From contig CAYHQZ010000002.1 of the NCBI GenBank assembly GCA_964358555.1, positions 1 to 40,089 of the forward strand: 40,089 nt of DNA. The letters are read 5' to 3'. Origin of the DNA: an uncultured Planctomycetia bacterium. Lineage in GTDB: Bacteria; Planctomycetota; CAYHQZ01. The notes beneath the pieces were generated by a model that saw only the letters and a list, made by a program, of their open reading frames with translations, was not told where the DNA came from and did no database searches. This document shows positions 24,111 through 33,155 of the stretch, piece by piece. The number at the start of each line of letters is the position of its first letter. Within the stretch, counting starts at the first letter, position 1. Position numbers and translations under genes: made by a program.

Positions 24111-27100
24111 GCGGCCCTCCTTCAAGGGAGGAAGCCGAGACCGGACTTCCGCGCGGGCCGGCCGCCGCCGGCCTGTCGATTGGCTTTGGCGTCGAGACGC
24201 TCCTGCTGCTGGTCTTCTTCCTTGCCTCCGGCGCTTCGGGGCTCATCCTCGAGGTTGTCTGGAGCCGGATGCTTACCCTCGTTTTCGGCTCCACGTCGCT
24301 CGCCTACGCGACGGTCCTCGCCGCATTCATGGGGGGGCTCGCCCTCGGGGCGTGGCTCGCCAGCCGGTACGCAGATCGGATCCGGGATCCCTTGCTTGCC
24401 TACGGGATTCTCGAGGGTGCCGTGGCGGTCTTCGCCCTGCTGCTGCCTTTCTATCTCGACACCCTCGTTCCCCTCTACCAGATGATCTGGCGGGAATGGA
24501 ACCCGTCCTTCCTCACGTTCAGCCTCCTTCGATTTGTCCTCGCGGCCTCCGCCCTGATCCTCCCGACGACGTGCATGGGGGCGACGCTCCCCATCCTGGG
24601 ACGGTATTACGCCGAGCGACGCTCGGGGCTGGGGCTCCAGGTTTCTCACCTCTATGCGGCGAATACATGGGGGGCGTTCGCGGGAACGCTGGCGGCCGGC
24701 TTCGCGCTGCTTCCGCTGCTCGGGGAGTCCGCTACCATCCGCGCCGCCGTGGGGATCAACCTGGCGATCTTCCTCGTCATCGCGGGCCTGCGGCTCGCGG
24801 GGGCGGGGCGCCCAGGGGAGCCCGCCTCGAAGCCCCGGGAGGGGGATGCGCCGCTCCTCGCGCTTTCGCCCCTGCCCCGGAGCGTGGTCCTGGCCGCGAC
24901 GGCGGCCTACTTCGGCTCGGGCCTCGCCGGGATGGCCGCCCAGATCGCCTGGACGCGCTCGCTGTCGCTCCTGATCGGGTCCTCCGTCTACGCCTTCACG
25001 GCGGTCGTGGCGGCCTATCTCGTGGGGATCGCGGCCGGCTCGTCGGTCTACGCCGCATGGGGCCGCCGCGTCCAGCGCGATCCCTCCTGGCTCGCCGGGG
25101 CCCACCTTTGCGCCGGGGCCTGCATGATCGCCGGGATCTATCTCTTCCCGGTCCTGCCCTACCTTTCTTTCGACCTGCATTCAAAGTTCCAGGACTACCC
25201 GCGGATCATCCTGCTCGTCCAGGTTCTGCTCTCGATCCTCCTGATCTTCCCGGCGGCTTTTTTCCTCGGCGGGATCTTTCCCGCAACCGCCAAGATCTGC
25301 GCCCGTTCCCCCGGGCGGGTCGGCCGCGACATCGGCCGGGCCTACGCCGCCAACACCGTCGGCGCGATCGTCGGCTCGTTCCTCGGCGGGTTCATCTTCC
25401 TGTTCGTGGACGCCCTCGGATTCCAGGACGGGCTCTGTCTCGGCCGGCCGATCCTCGTCTGGACGATCGGGCTCGGCGGGCTGTGCCTCTGCCTCGGCGC
25501 GCTCGTCGTGTCGCTCTCGGGGAGCCGCCCCGGCATCGCCCCGGAGGCGCGCGGCGGCGTCCGCCAGATCGCGCTGGCGGCGATCTACCTGCCGGTGCTG
25601 CTGCTGGGGCTCCTGCCCGCCTACATGGAGTCCGGCGAGTTTTCGGACCTCGCGCGCAACCTGGGCCTTACGAAGCGGCCGCCGGGGGAGCGGATCCTCG
25701 TTCTCGTCGGGCCCGAGCGGGGCATTTCCTATCACCTGACGAACGTGACGCCTGCGGATCCCGCGACGCGCCGGGAACGGGACTGGACCATCGGGCGGGA
25801 TTCAAAGAACCGGATCCCGCTCTCCGACCCGTCCGTTCCGGACCGGGCGGCGAAGCTCTTTGTCGAGGGGGATGCCTGGACGATCGAGGCCCTCTCGCCC
25901 GGCGTCCAGGTGGAGGGGCGGCCCCTCGAGAAGGGCTCGAAGAATATCCTGGCGTTCGGGGATCGGATCCTGGTCGGCCGGACGATGCTTGCGTTCGAGC
26001 GGGATCCCGGAGTTCGCTTGTGGGACCCCACGCTCATGTCGAGCGGGGTCTTCTACTACGTGGACAGCGACGATGGCGCGGATCCCCGCCGCGACGACGA
26101 CCCCGTCTTCTACCGCGAGGGCGTCACGACGACCGTCACGGTCTTCCAGGACTCCATCCGCGAGGACAACCTCTACTACCTCGTCGTGAACGGCAAGGTC
26201 GACGCCTCGACCCGGGGCGACATGAAGACCCAGGTCCTCCTCGCGCACCTGCCGATCCTGGCGCACCCGAGCCGCAGCCCCAAGGACGTCCTCGTCATCG
26301 GGTGGGGCTCGGGGACCACGGTCGGGTCCTGCCTCAACTACCCGCCCTCGGAGGTGCGAAAGGTTCTCGCCTGCGAACTGGAGAAGTCCGTGATCGAGGG
26401 GTCGCGCTGGTTCGAGAGCGTGAACTCGAAGCCCCGTGAGCATCTGGCGACCGGCCGCCTCGAGATCCAGGCCAACGACGCCCGGAACTATCTCCTCGCC
26501 ACCGATCGGATGTTTGACGTCGTGATTTCCGAGCCGTCGAACCCCTGGATTTCCGGGGCCGCGAAGCTCTTCACGCGCGAGTTCTACGAGTCCGCCTCCC
26601 GGCGCCTGAATCCCGACGGGATCTGGTGCCAGTGGATCCAGGCCTACGGCCTCAAGCGCAGCGACTTCAAGACGCTGCTCGCGACGTTCCGGGAGACCTT
26701 CCCGCACGTCGCGGTGTTCACGGACTACGAGTCGGACCTCTACGTCCTGGGCTCCAAGTCCCCGCTCGCCTTCGACGTCGCCGCCATCGAGAAGGTCCTT
26801 GCCGACCACCCGGGCGTCTCCGGCGATCTGGCCCGGAAGAACGTCGACATCACCGGCGTCCACGACCTCCTGGCCCACCACATCTTCGGGAGCCGGACGA
26901 TGAACGAGTTCCTCGGGAAGGGCGCGATCGCCCTGAACACGGATGACAACGCGCGCATCGAGTTTTCCACGCCCCTTTCGCTCCTTTCCGACGAGCGTTC
27001 CGAGATCGACAGCGACCTCGTCGGGGCCATCGATCCCGAGGGCGCGCCGTTCAAGACGGATCCGGCCCGGCCCCACTTGAAGGACGAACTCCTGCTCCGC

Positions 27101-27499
27101 ATCGCCGCGTGGCACAGCGCCGAGGCCCGCCACCCCGCGGCGCTCGAGATGCTCAACGGCGTGATCGGCCGGGATCCGACCCTTGCGGGCGCCTACGCGG
27201 AGCGCGCCCGGATCCGGCTCGCGAAGGCGAAGACCGAGAAGCGGACCGCCCTCGAATCGCTCGAGGATCCCGTGGCGCCCTTCCGGCCCGCCGCCGACGA
27301 TCTCGAGGCCGCCCTGGACATCGATCCGACGGACCCGCGCGCGCAGGTCGCCCTCCGGGAATTCCTCAAGACCCTGGGGGCGAACGCGTATCTCTTCGAG
27401 GAACTCAAGCCCTACCTGCCCAAGGAGCCTCCGTCGGAGGAGGAAGCGCCGCCCGCCGCGCCCGGGGATCCCATCGAGGCGCCGAAGGCACCGGAATAG
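24107..27499 (+). CDS. fused polytopic-membrane / spermidine-synthase-like (aminopropyltransferase-fold) protein with an FHA-like insert and C-terminal TPR
   Basis: About 12 or more hydrophobic helices span 24180-25640. An FHA-like segment lies at 25688-26010. The methyltransferase-fold PABS core is DVLVIGWGSGTTVGSCL...VLACELEKSVIE...FDVVISEPSNPWISGAAKLFTREFYESASRRLNPDGIWCQWIQAY. TPR-like helices lie near 27050-27400. Confidence 0.88.
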   Translation: MSGPPSREEAETGLPRGPAAAGLSIGFGVETLLLLVFFLASGASGLILEVVWSRMLTLVFGSTSLAYATVLAAFMGGLALGAWLASRYADRIRDPLLAYGILEGAVAVFALLLPFYLDTLVPLYQMIWREWNPSFLTFSLLRFVLAASALILPTTCMGATLPILGRYYAERRSGLGLQVSHLYAANTWGAFAGTLAAGFALLPLLGESATIRAAVGINLAIFLVIAGLRLAGAGRPGEPASKPREGDAPLLALSPLPRSVVLAATAAYFGSGLAGMAAQIAWTRSLSLLIGSSVYAFTAVVAAYLVGIAAGSSVYAAWGRRVQRDPSWLAGAHLCAGACMIAGIYLFPVLPYLSFDLHSKFQDYPRIILLVQVLLSILLIFPAAFFLGGIFPATAKICARSPGRVGRDIGRAYAANTVGAIVGSFLGGFIFLFVDALGFQDGLCLGRPILVWTIGLGGLCLCLGALVVSLSGSRPGIAPEARGGVRQIALAAIYLPVLLLGLLPAYMESGEFSDLARNLGLTKRPPGERILVLVGPERGISYHLTNVTPADPATRRERDWTIGRDSKNRIPLSDPSVPDRAAKLFVEGDAWTIEALSPGVQVEGRPLEKGSKNILAFGDRILVGRTMLAFERDPGVRLWDPTLMSSGVFYYVDSDDGADPRRDDDPVFYREGVTTTVTVFQDSIREDNLYYLVVNGKVDASTRGDMKTQVLLAHLPILAHPSRSPKDVLVIGWGSGTTVGSCLNYPPSEVRKVLACELEKSVIEGSRWFESVNSKPREHLATGRLEIQANDARNYLLATDRMFDVVISEPSNPWISGAAKLFTREFYESASRRLNPDGIWCQWIQAYGLKRSDFKTLLATFRETFPHVAVFTDYESDLYVLGSKSPLAFDVAAIEKVLADHPGVSGDLARKNVDITGVHDLLAHHIFGSRTMNEFLGKGAIALNTDDNARIEFSTPLSLLSDERSEIDSDLVGAIDPEGAPFKTDPARPHLKDELLLRIAAWHSAEARHPAALEMLNGVIGRDPTLAGAYAERARIRLAKAKTEKRTALESLEDPVAPFRPAADDLEAALDIDPTDPRAQVALREFLKTLGANAYLFEELKPYLPKEPPSEEEAPPAAPGDPIEAPKAPE

Positions 27500-27603
27500 C
27501 CGCCTCCGGTTCTTGTAAACGCCGGGGGCGGGCAACCGTCTAGAATGTCCGGACACGCGGCATGTCCGCAAGGTTCATTCCCGATCGGAAAAGGAGGGGA
27601 CGG

Positions 27604-29478
27604 ATGCGAGTGCTTCTTCGAGGCGGAATGGGGCTGGGGATCTTCGCGGCATTCTGCCTTGTCGGGTCCGGCTGGGCCGGGTGCACGAAGAGGGACGAGA
27701 CCGGCCAGCCGCCCGTCCAGGCGCTGAATCCGGGGGAAACGCCGCCGGACGCGGGCAAGGCGCCTTCGACCCCGAAGCCCCCCGAGACGCCGCCGGTTTC
27801 CGGCCTCGACCCCGCGGGGCGCCCGACGGGCTGGGCCGCGCCCCCGGGCTCGGAGCCGGCGAAGATCCCCGAAACCCCGAAGCCGCCCGAGCCCGCGAAG
27901 ACCGGCCCGACCGGGACGCCGGCGGAACCGCCGCCCGTGACGACGGTTTCCCTCGCCTCGATGAGTCGCGACGAGGCCAAGGCGGCCTTCAAGGCGCGCT
28001 TTGCGAAGGTGTTCGGGGGCGGCAGCGGGATCCAGAGCCCGATGGGCGTGAAAAAGCTCAACGACGCCTGGGAGAAGTCCATGGAGCCCCTCCTCGGCGC
28101 GAAACTCGCGGACTACAAGCAGAAATACGCGACGGCGTCGCCGGAACCCGCCGGAGAAGGCGACACGGGCGGGAAGAAGAAAAAAAAGAAGCGGCCCTCG
28201 AAGAAGGGGGTGGATCCGGCGATCCGGACGACCGTAGAGGAGAAGTTCCTGGCCGTCTTCGATCCCGCGTGGGGGATCGCGGACAAGGATCTCCCGAAAC
28301 TGAACGCGGCCCTGTCGGTCGCGTTTAGGGCCGCGAAGAATCAGGCGCTCGAGGGCGAGGACCCCGCCGACGTCGGCCGTCCCCGTCCCCCCGAGGGGCC
28401 CGTGGGGCCGTCGGATCCGAGCCTGGACCGCGGCGCGCCGGACGGCTTCGGCGCGAAGGCCACGGGCGGCGGGGACGCACAGGTGAAGCGGGCCCACGCG
28501 AATGCCACCTCCATCGCCGCGGCCCTGCAGGGCGGCGGAAACGTCCAGATCGCCAAGGGCGACGTGGACTGCGACTATGGCGAGCTCACGATCGGTAGCA
28601 ACACGACGGTCGACGGCGGGGGCGCGACGCTTTGGTACCCGGGCAAGGATCACAACGGGCGGGGCCTGCAGATGTTCGGCCAGAACATCGTCCTTCGGAA
28701 CATCCGCGTCCGGAACTCCGGCGACGGGCTTTCGATGGGGGGCATGACCTACCGAAAGACCGCCAACGTTCTGATCGAGAACGCCTCGGCCACGGGCAAC
28801 GGGGACGACGGCTTCTCGCCGTCCTACGACTGCAAGGACATCACGTTCCGATGGTCCTTCCTCGCCGGCAACGCCCGCTGCATCTTCTTCAAATACGGCG
28901 GGACGAACCTCACGGTCCATCACAGCGTGCTGACCCACTACTGGATCCGCGGGCCGCTGGTGAACGGGGGCTCCATCGATTTCAGGAACAACCTCGTCCA
29001 GAACTGGAGCATGTGGGGCAGCCGGGTCGAGGGCGGCGGCAAGGGCAACTTCGTGGGGAACGTCTGGCGCAAGGGCAGCAGCGGCGGCAAGGCCGACTCG
29101 GCCCTCTACACGGGCGACGGCGGCGGCACGATCTACCAGGCCGGGAACGTCTTCGAGGGATGCAGCCCGCGGGTGAGCGAGGGCGGCAGCCCCGCCTTCC
29201 AGGCGCCCGCGGTCGCCACCGAGGACGCCAAGGCCGCCCTCGAGAAGATCCTCGACGAGAAGACCGGCGCCGGCTGCATGCCGCGCGACAAGATCGACCG
29301 CGACTACCTCTTGAGCACGAAGCGCTGCCCCGGCGGCGACCCGCCGCACGGATTGCAGACCGAGGACACGATCAAGCACCTCAAGGCCCCCCCGGCGCCC
29401 GAGGGCGTCGAGGGCGGCGGCGGGGAGGGAGACGAAAAGAAGGCAGGAGGCGACGAGCCGCCTCCGTCCGAGGAATAG
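27604..29478 (+). CDS. lipoprotein with a Pro-rich linker and a pectate-lyase-like right-handed beta-helix domain
   Basis: AAGGAGG lies before ATG 27604, which is preferred over 27562. The lipobox is LVGSGWAGC. Beta-helix rungs are NIVLRNIRVRNSGDGLSM, VLIENASATGNGDDGFS and ITFRWSFLAGN. HYWIRGPLVNGGSIDFRNNLVQNW resembles the PL1 R.P..R.G...NN motif. Confidence 0.8.
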   Translation: MRVLLRGGMGLGIFAAFCLVGSGWAGCTKRDETGQPPVQALNPGETPPDAGKAPSTPKPPETPPVSGLDPAGRPTGWAAPPGSEPAKIPETPKPPEPAKTGPTGTPAEPPPVTTVSLASMSRDEAKAAFKARFAKVFGGGSGIQSPMGVKKLNDAWEKSMEPLLGAKLADYKQKYATASPEPAGEGDTGGKKKKKKRPSKKGVDPAIRTTVEEKFLAVFDPAWGIADKDLPKLNAALSVAFRAAKNQALEGEDPADVGRPRPPEGPVGPSDPSLDRGAPDGFGAKATGGGDAQVKRAHANATSIAAALQGGGNVQIAKGDVDCDYGELTIGSNTTVDGGGATLWYPGKDHNGRGLQMFGQNIVLRNIRVRNSGDGLSMGGMTYRKTANVLIENASATGNGDDGFSPSYDCKDITFRWSFLAGNARCIFFKYGGTNLTVHHSVLTHYWIRGPLVNGGSIDFRNNLVQNWSMWGSRVEGGGKGNFVGNVWRKGSSGGKADSALYTGDGGGTIYQAGNVFEGCSPRVSEGGSPAFQAPAVATEDAKAALEKILDEKTGAGCMPRDKIDRDYLLSTKRCPGGDPPHGLQTEDTIKHLKAPPAPEGVEGGGGEGDEKKAGGDEPPPSEE

Positions 29479-29492
29479 GGCGCTCGCCCCGG

Positions 29493-30518
29493 CTACGGCG
29501 TAGCCGGCCGGACGGGGCTCTTCGGCCGGACACCCGGGGCGTCGGAGGCGTAGAAGCGGTCGAGGATCTCCTTCAGGCCCTTCTCGCTATTGAGCGCGAG
29601 GAACGCCGCCCGGAGCTCGTCGTGGGCGGGGTGGAACCGGGCGTAGCGGATTCCGAACTTCCGGAAGAACCGCGCCGCGCGGTTCGGCCCGTGGATTCCG
29701 GCCGCGAGGGATGCGTGCTCGGCCACGGCGTCGCGCTGCTCATGCACGGTGGGGGGCTCGGGGAGGAGGCGGCCCTCGAGCAGGGCGCGGGCCTCGCGGA
29801 AGATCCAGGGGTTGCCGATGGCCCCGCGCGCGATCGTGACGCCGTCGACGCCCGTCTCCTTGAGCATCCGGACGGCGTCCTCGGCCGAGAACAGATCCCC
29901 GCTGCCGACGAGCGTGCGCCCGGGGTGGCGTCCCTTCGCCTCCGCGAGCACCCCCCAGTCGCTGAAGCCCGCGTAGCGCTGCCGCACCGTGCGGGGGTGC
30001 AGGATCACCGCGTCGGCGCCCCGCGCGTAGGCGCCGTCGAGAATTTCGAGAAAGCGCTCCCGGCTTTCCGCCGAGTCGTCGAGGCCGCGGCGCAGCTTCA
30101 CCGAGAAGGGGATCCCCGGCGGCACCGCTTCGCGGACGCGCGCCACGATCCCGAGGGCGAGCGCGGGGTCGGAGAGGATCCACCCGCCGCGCTTGCGGCC
30201 CAGCACCTTCGGAACGGGGCAGGCGAAGTTGAGATCGATCGCGTCGAATCCGGCGGAGAGCAGCGCCTTCGCCGCGTCCTCCATCGGCGCCGCCTCGCCG
30301 CCCATGATCTGCGCCCCGACCGGATGCTCGTCGGGATGGATCCCGAGGTGCCGCTTCGGCCAGCGCCCCCCGAAGAGGATCAGCCGATCCAGCGCCGCCC
30401 CCGCGAACGCGAACGGCGCCCCCCGCCTCCGCGCGACGATCCGCATCGAGAGGTCGCTGTATCCCGACAGCGAGGCCTGGAAGAAAGGCGCGTCGAGAAC
30501 GAGCGTGCCGAGGCGCAT
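29493..30518 (-). CDS. tRNA-dihydrouridine synthase (Dus family)
   Basis: GAQIMGGEAAPMEDAAKALLSAGFDAIDLNFACPVPKVLGRKRGGWIL carries the catalytic Cys context. Also present are FSVKLRRG, AVILHPRT and VDGVTIARGAIGNPWIF. Confidence 0.9.
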   Translation of the reverse strand: MRLGTLVLDAPFFQASLSGYSDLSMRIVARRRGAPFAFAGAALDRLILFGGRWPKRHLGIHPDEHPVGAQIMGGEAAPMEDAAKALLSAGFDAIDLNFACPVPKVLGRKRGGWILSDPALALGIVARVREAVPPGIPFSVKLRRGLDDSAESRERFLEILDGAYARGADAVILHPRTVRQRYAGFSDWGVLAEAKGRHPGRTLVGSGDLFSAEDAVRMLKETGVDGVTIARGAIGNPWIFREARALLEGRLLPEPPTVHEQRDAVAEHASLAAGIHGPNRAARFFRKFGIRYARFHPAHDELRAAFLALNSEKGLKEILDRFYASDAPGVRPKSPVRPATP

Positions 30519-30546
30519 GGGGAGGGGGATGGTAAGCGTGGACGGG

Positions 30547-32445
30547 TTACGGCGCCGGCCGGGCCGGCCATCGGGGCTGGGCGGCGAGGTTGGGGGTTTC
30601 GGCGACGATCCGGCTAAACGTTGCGGCGAGGTCGGGGCGCTCGGGCAGGAGGTCGCGCGTCTCGCCGGGGTCGGCGGCGAGGTCGAAGAGGCGATCCCCC
30701 TCGAGCGTCGAGGAGACGAACCGGAAGTCCTTCCAGAGGATTGCGAAAGCGCTTAAGTCCCAGCCCCGGACCGCGTTGACGCTCGTCACGAACAGGAACC
30801 GGTCCTCGGGGACGGCCTGAAAGAGCGAGCGGCCGGGGAGCTCGTCAAGGAGGGCGCGGTTCTTGGGGTCCGCGTCCAGGCCCAGCGCCTCGACGACGGT
30901 CGGCAGGACGTCGAGGTTCGAGACGTTCCGGCGCGCGTTCGCGCGGAGGCGCTCGCGGCGGGACGCGTCGGCCGAAGGCCCCCGCTTCGGCAGCCGGAGC
31001 ATCAGCGGAATCCCGGCGACGTCCTCGTAGGCGTTCTCCGTCCGCGCGACGGCCCGGCGGCGCTCGGAAAAATCCCCGTGGTCGGCCGTGAACACGAGAA
31101 GCGTGTCGTCCAGCCGGCCGGCGCGCCCGAGGGATGCGCGGATCCGGTCGAAAACCTGGTCCATGATCCAGAGGGCGCGGTCGTAGCGGTGGGGGATGGG
31201 CGGCATGTCGGGCAGCCGGGGGCTCGAGCCCTGGAACGGATAATGGGTCGCGTTCGAGTAGTAGATCGCGAAGAAACGTTCGCCGGGCGGCGTGCCCTCG
31301 ATGAGGCTTTCGAGGGCGCGGACGCCGAGCATCTCGTCCTTGCCGAGATCGTTCACGGCGACGCCCGGGATGTCGCGGGCCGTGATCGTCCGATCGGGCC
31401 CCGGCGCCGAGAGCAGGAAGCGGTCGACCCCGGCCCATTCGGCGCGCGACGGGGAGGCGAAATAGCAGTTTCGGATGCCGGCGGCGCGGGCCCAGCCCCA
31501 GAACAGGGGCATCCGGTGGAGCTTCTCGTTGGGCTCCCAGGGCGCGACGCCCGTGACGAGCGACGGCAGGCTCAAGTCCGTGACGGGGGCGTTCGAGTAG
31601 GCCCGGTCGAAGGCGACGAACCGGTCCGGCTCGGCGTCGATCCAGGCGCGCAGGCGAGGCATCGTCTCCTCGGGGTGCCCGAAGCGCTTCAGGCGCGCCC
31701 GGCCCCATGACTCGTTGATGAGGAGGATGACGTTCGGGACGTCCGGTCCGCCCACGGGCGCGGGCGCGATCCGGTCCGGCGAGGGATGGAGGCGCGATCG
31801 TGCGGGTCCGAAGAGGGCGGCGTTCGAGGCCTGCGCGGCGGCCAGGAACGCGCATGCGTCCGGTGCGGCGCGCAGCGGGATCCGGTGCGCGCGGACGGGG
31901 AACGAAAGCCCCGCCGCGAGGGCGGTCGCAGCCGCGGCGACGGCGAGGCGCTCGCGGGCCGGGGGGCGGACGCAGGCATGCCGGGGGCGCCAGAGCCACA
32001 AGGTCAGGCCGACGGCGCCGGCGAACGGGAGGTAGAGCGGCCAGGGGATGTAGGAGGTCAGGTAGTCGCCCAGGAGCCCGGGATTGCCGGCGATGATGGC
32101 CAGGTCGTAGCGAGTCAGGTAGTTGCCCACGGCGCGGCTGACGATGAAGCTCGACGCGAGCGTCAGCAAAAAGCCGGTCGAGACGAGGCCCGCGGCGGGC
32201 CAGGCGAGCGCCCGGGGAAGCGACTGGACGGCGAGCCACAGGAGCGTCCAGCACGAGGCCGCGAAGAGGACCGACGCCGCGTAGGGCAGGAACTCGAAGG
32301 GCTTCCGGAACGGGACCGCGATCTGGCAGGCCGCGTCGAGGGCGACGAAGGCGAGGGCGGAGAGGAGGGGAACACCCAAAAACCGCCCACGGAGAATGTC
32401 CGTTCCGGCCCCGCTGGCGGTTTCAGCCCGTTCGGGTTCGTTCAC
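30547..32445 (-). CDS. membrane-anchored alkaline-phosphatase-superfamily transferase (sulfatase / phosphoethanolamine-transferase / LtaS-like)
   Basis: GTG start at 32445. The N-terminus has about 5 TM helices. The catalytic domain shows PNVILLINESWG (metal site), APVTDLSLPSLVTG (Thr nucleophile context), YYSNATHYPF and LLVFTADHGD. It lies directly upstream of, and co-oriented with, the Dus gene. Confidence 0.85.
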   Translation of the reverse strand: MNEPERAETASGAGTDILRGRFLGVPLLSALAFVALDAACQIAVPFRKPFEFLPYAASVLFAASCWTLLWLAVQSLPRALAWPAAGLVSTGFLLTLASSFIVSRAVGNYLTRYDLAIIAGNPGLLGDYLTSYIPWPLYLPFAGAVGLTLWLWRPRHACVRPPARERLAVAAAATALAAGLSFPVRAHRIPLRAAPDACAFLAAAQASNAALFGPARSRLHPSPDRIAPAPVGGPDVPNVILLINESWGRARLKRFGHPEETMPRLRAWIDAEPDRFVAFDRAYSNAPVTDLSLPSLVTGVAPWEPNEKLHRMPLFWGWARAAGIRNCYFASPSRAEWAGVDRFLLSAPGPDRTITARDIPGVAVNDLGKDEMLGVRALESLIEGTPPGERFFAIYYSNATHYPFQGSSPRLPDMPPIPHRYDRALWIMDQVFDRIRASLGRAGRLDDTLLVFTADHGDFSERRRAVARTENAYEDVAGIPLMLRLPKRGPSADASRRERLRANARRNVSNLDVLPTVVEALGLDADPKNRALLDELPGRSLFQAVPEDRFLFVTSVNAVRGWDLSAFAILWKDFRFVSSTLEGDRLFDLAADPGETRDLLPERPDLAATFSRIVAETPNLAAQPRWPARPAP

Positions 32446-32474
32446 GGAAAAGATTTTATCGAATCAATCCCTAG

Positions 32475-32503
32475 TTGACACCCAACCCCTGGACCCACTA
32501 CCA
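32475..32503 (+). promoter_or_regulatory. sigma70-like promoter of nrdR and the NrdD-like gene
   Basis: TTGACA (32475-32480), 17-nt spacer, TACCAT (32498-32503). A partial palindrome CACTAccatTTGTG overlaps the -10. Confidence 0.4.
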
Positions 32504-32620
32504 TTTGTGCTCGCGCGCCGGTGGTCGGCGCAGGGGTGCGGGTCGATGATCCCATTTTTTCAGGTTCGGAGGGAACTCCCGGCGCGGCCCGATGTTCCGG
32601 GCGGCGAGGATGATGTCGCG

Positions 32621-33127
32621 GTGTGGTGTCCATTCTGCAAAAATTCCGATAGCCGGGTCATCGACTCCCGCAGTCCCGGCGAAGGTTTCATCATCCGGCG
32701 CCGGCGCGAGTGCCTCGCCTGCAAGCGCCGGTTCACGACCTACGAGCGTATCGAGCAGAAGCCGCTCAAGGCGGTGAAGAAGGACGGCACCCGGGTGCCT
32801 TACGACCGCGAAAAGATCCTCTCGGGCCTCCGGAAGGCCTGCCAGAAGCGGCCCGTCTCGGAGGACGCCATCGAGGAGGTCGCCGCCGCTATCGAGGTCG
32901 AGGCCCACGAGCAGCCCGACGGCGAGGTCTCGACCGCCTGGATCGGCGAGCGGATCATGCACCACCTGCGGGGCCTAGACCAGGTCGCCTACGTCCGGTT
33001 CGCTTCCGTCTATCGCGCATTCCAGGATGTCTCCGACTTCGTCACCGAGGTCCGCCCGATGCTGGAGCCGGGCCATCCTCCGGTGCGTGTTTCGGAGGGA
33101 TCTCCCTCGCGTCCCCTCGGGCCCTAA
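32621..33127 (+). CDS. nrdR: transcriptional repressor NrdR (zinc ribbon + ATP-cone)
   Basis: WCPFCKNSDSRVIDSRSPGEGFIIRRRRECLACKRRFTTYERIE is followed by an ATP-cone (VKKDGTRVPYDREKILSGLRKACQKRPV...). GTG 32621 lies 10 nt after GAGGA and gives the canonical M-x-CPFC N-terminus. An upstream ATG at 32546 is the alternative start. The stop is TAA at 33125-33127. Confidence 0.9.
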   Translation: MWCPFCKNSDSRVIDSRSPGEGFIIRRRRECLACKRRFTTYERIEQKPLKAVKKDGTRVPYDREKILSGLRKACQKRPVSEDAIEEVAAAIEVEAHEQPDGEVSTAWIGERIMHHLRGLDQVAYVRFASVYRAFQDVSDFVTEVRPMLEPGHPPVRVSEGSPSRPLGP

Positions 33128-33155
33128 TCCCTTGCCTCCGCACATTTCCCATCCT

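Noticed and set aside
32492-32507. Possible NrdR box (CACTAccatTTGTG) overlapping the -10 of the nrdR promoter
   Set aside because: Only the outer arms match the remembered consensus (acaCwAtATaTwGtgt) and the AT-rich centre does not. No second tandem box lies at the usual spacing. This is too weak to call without a position-weight-matrix scan.
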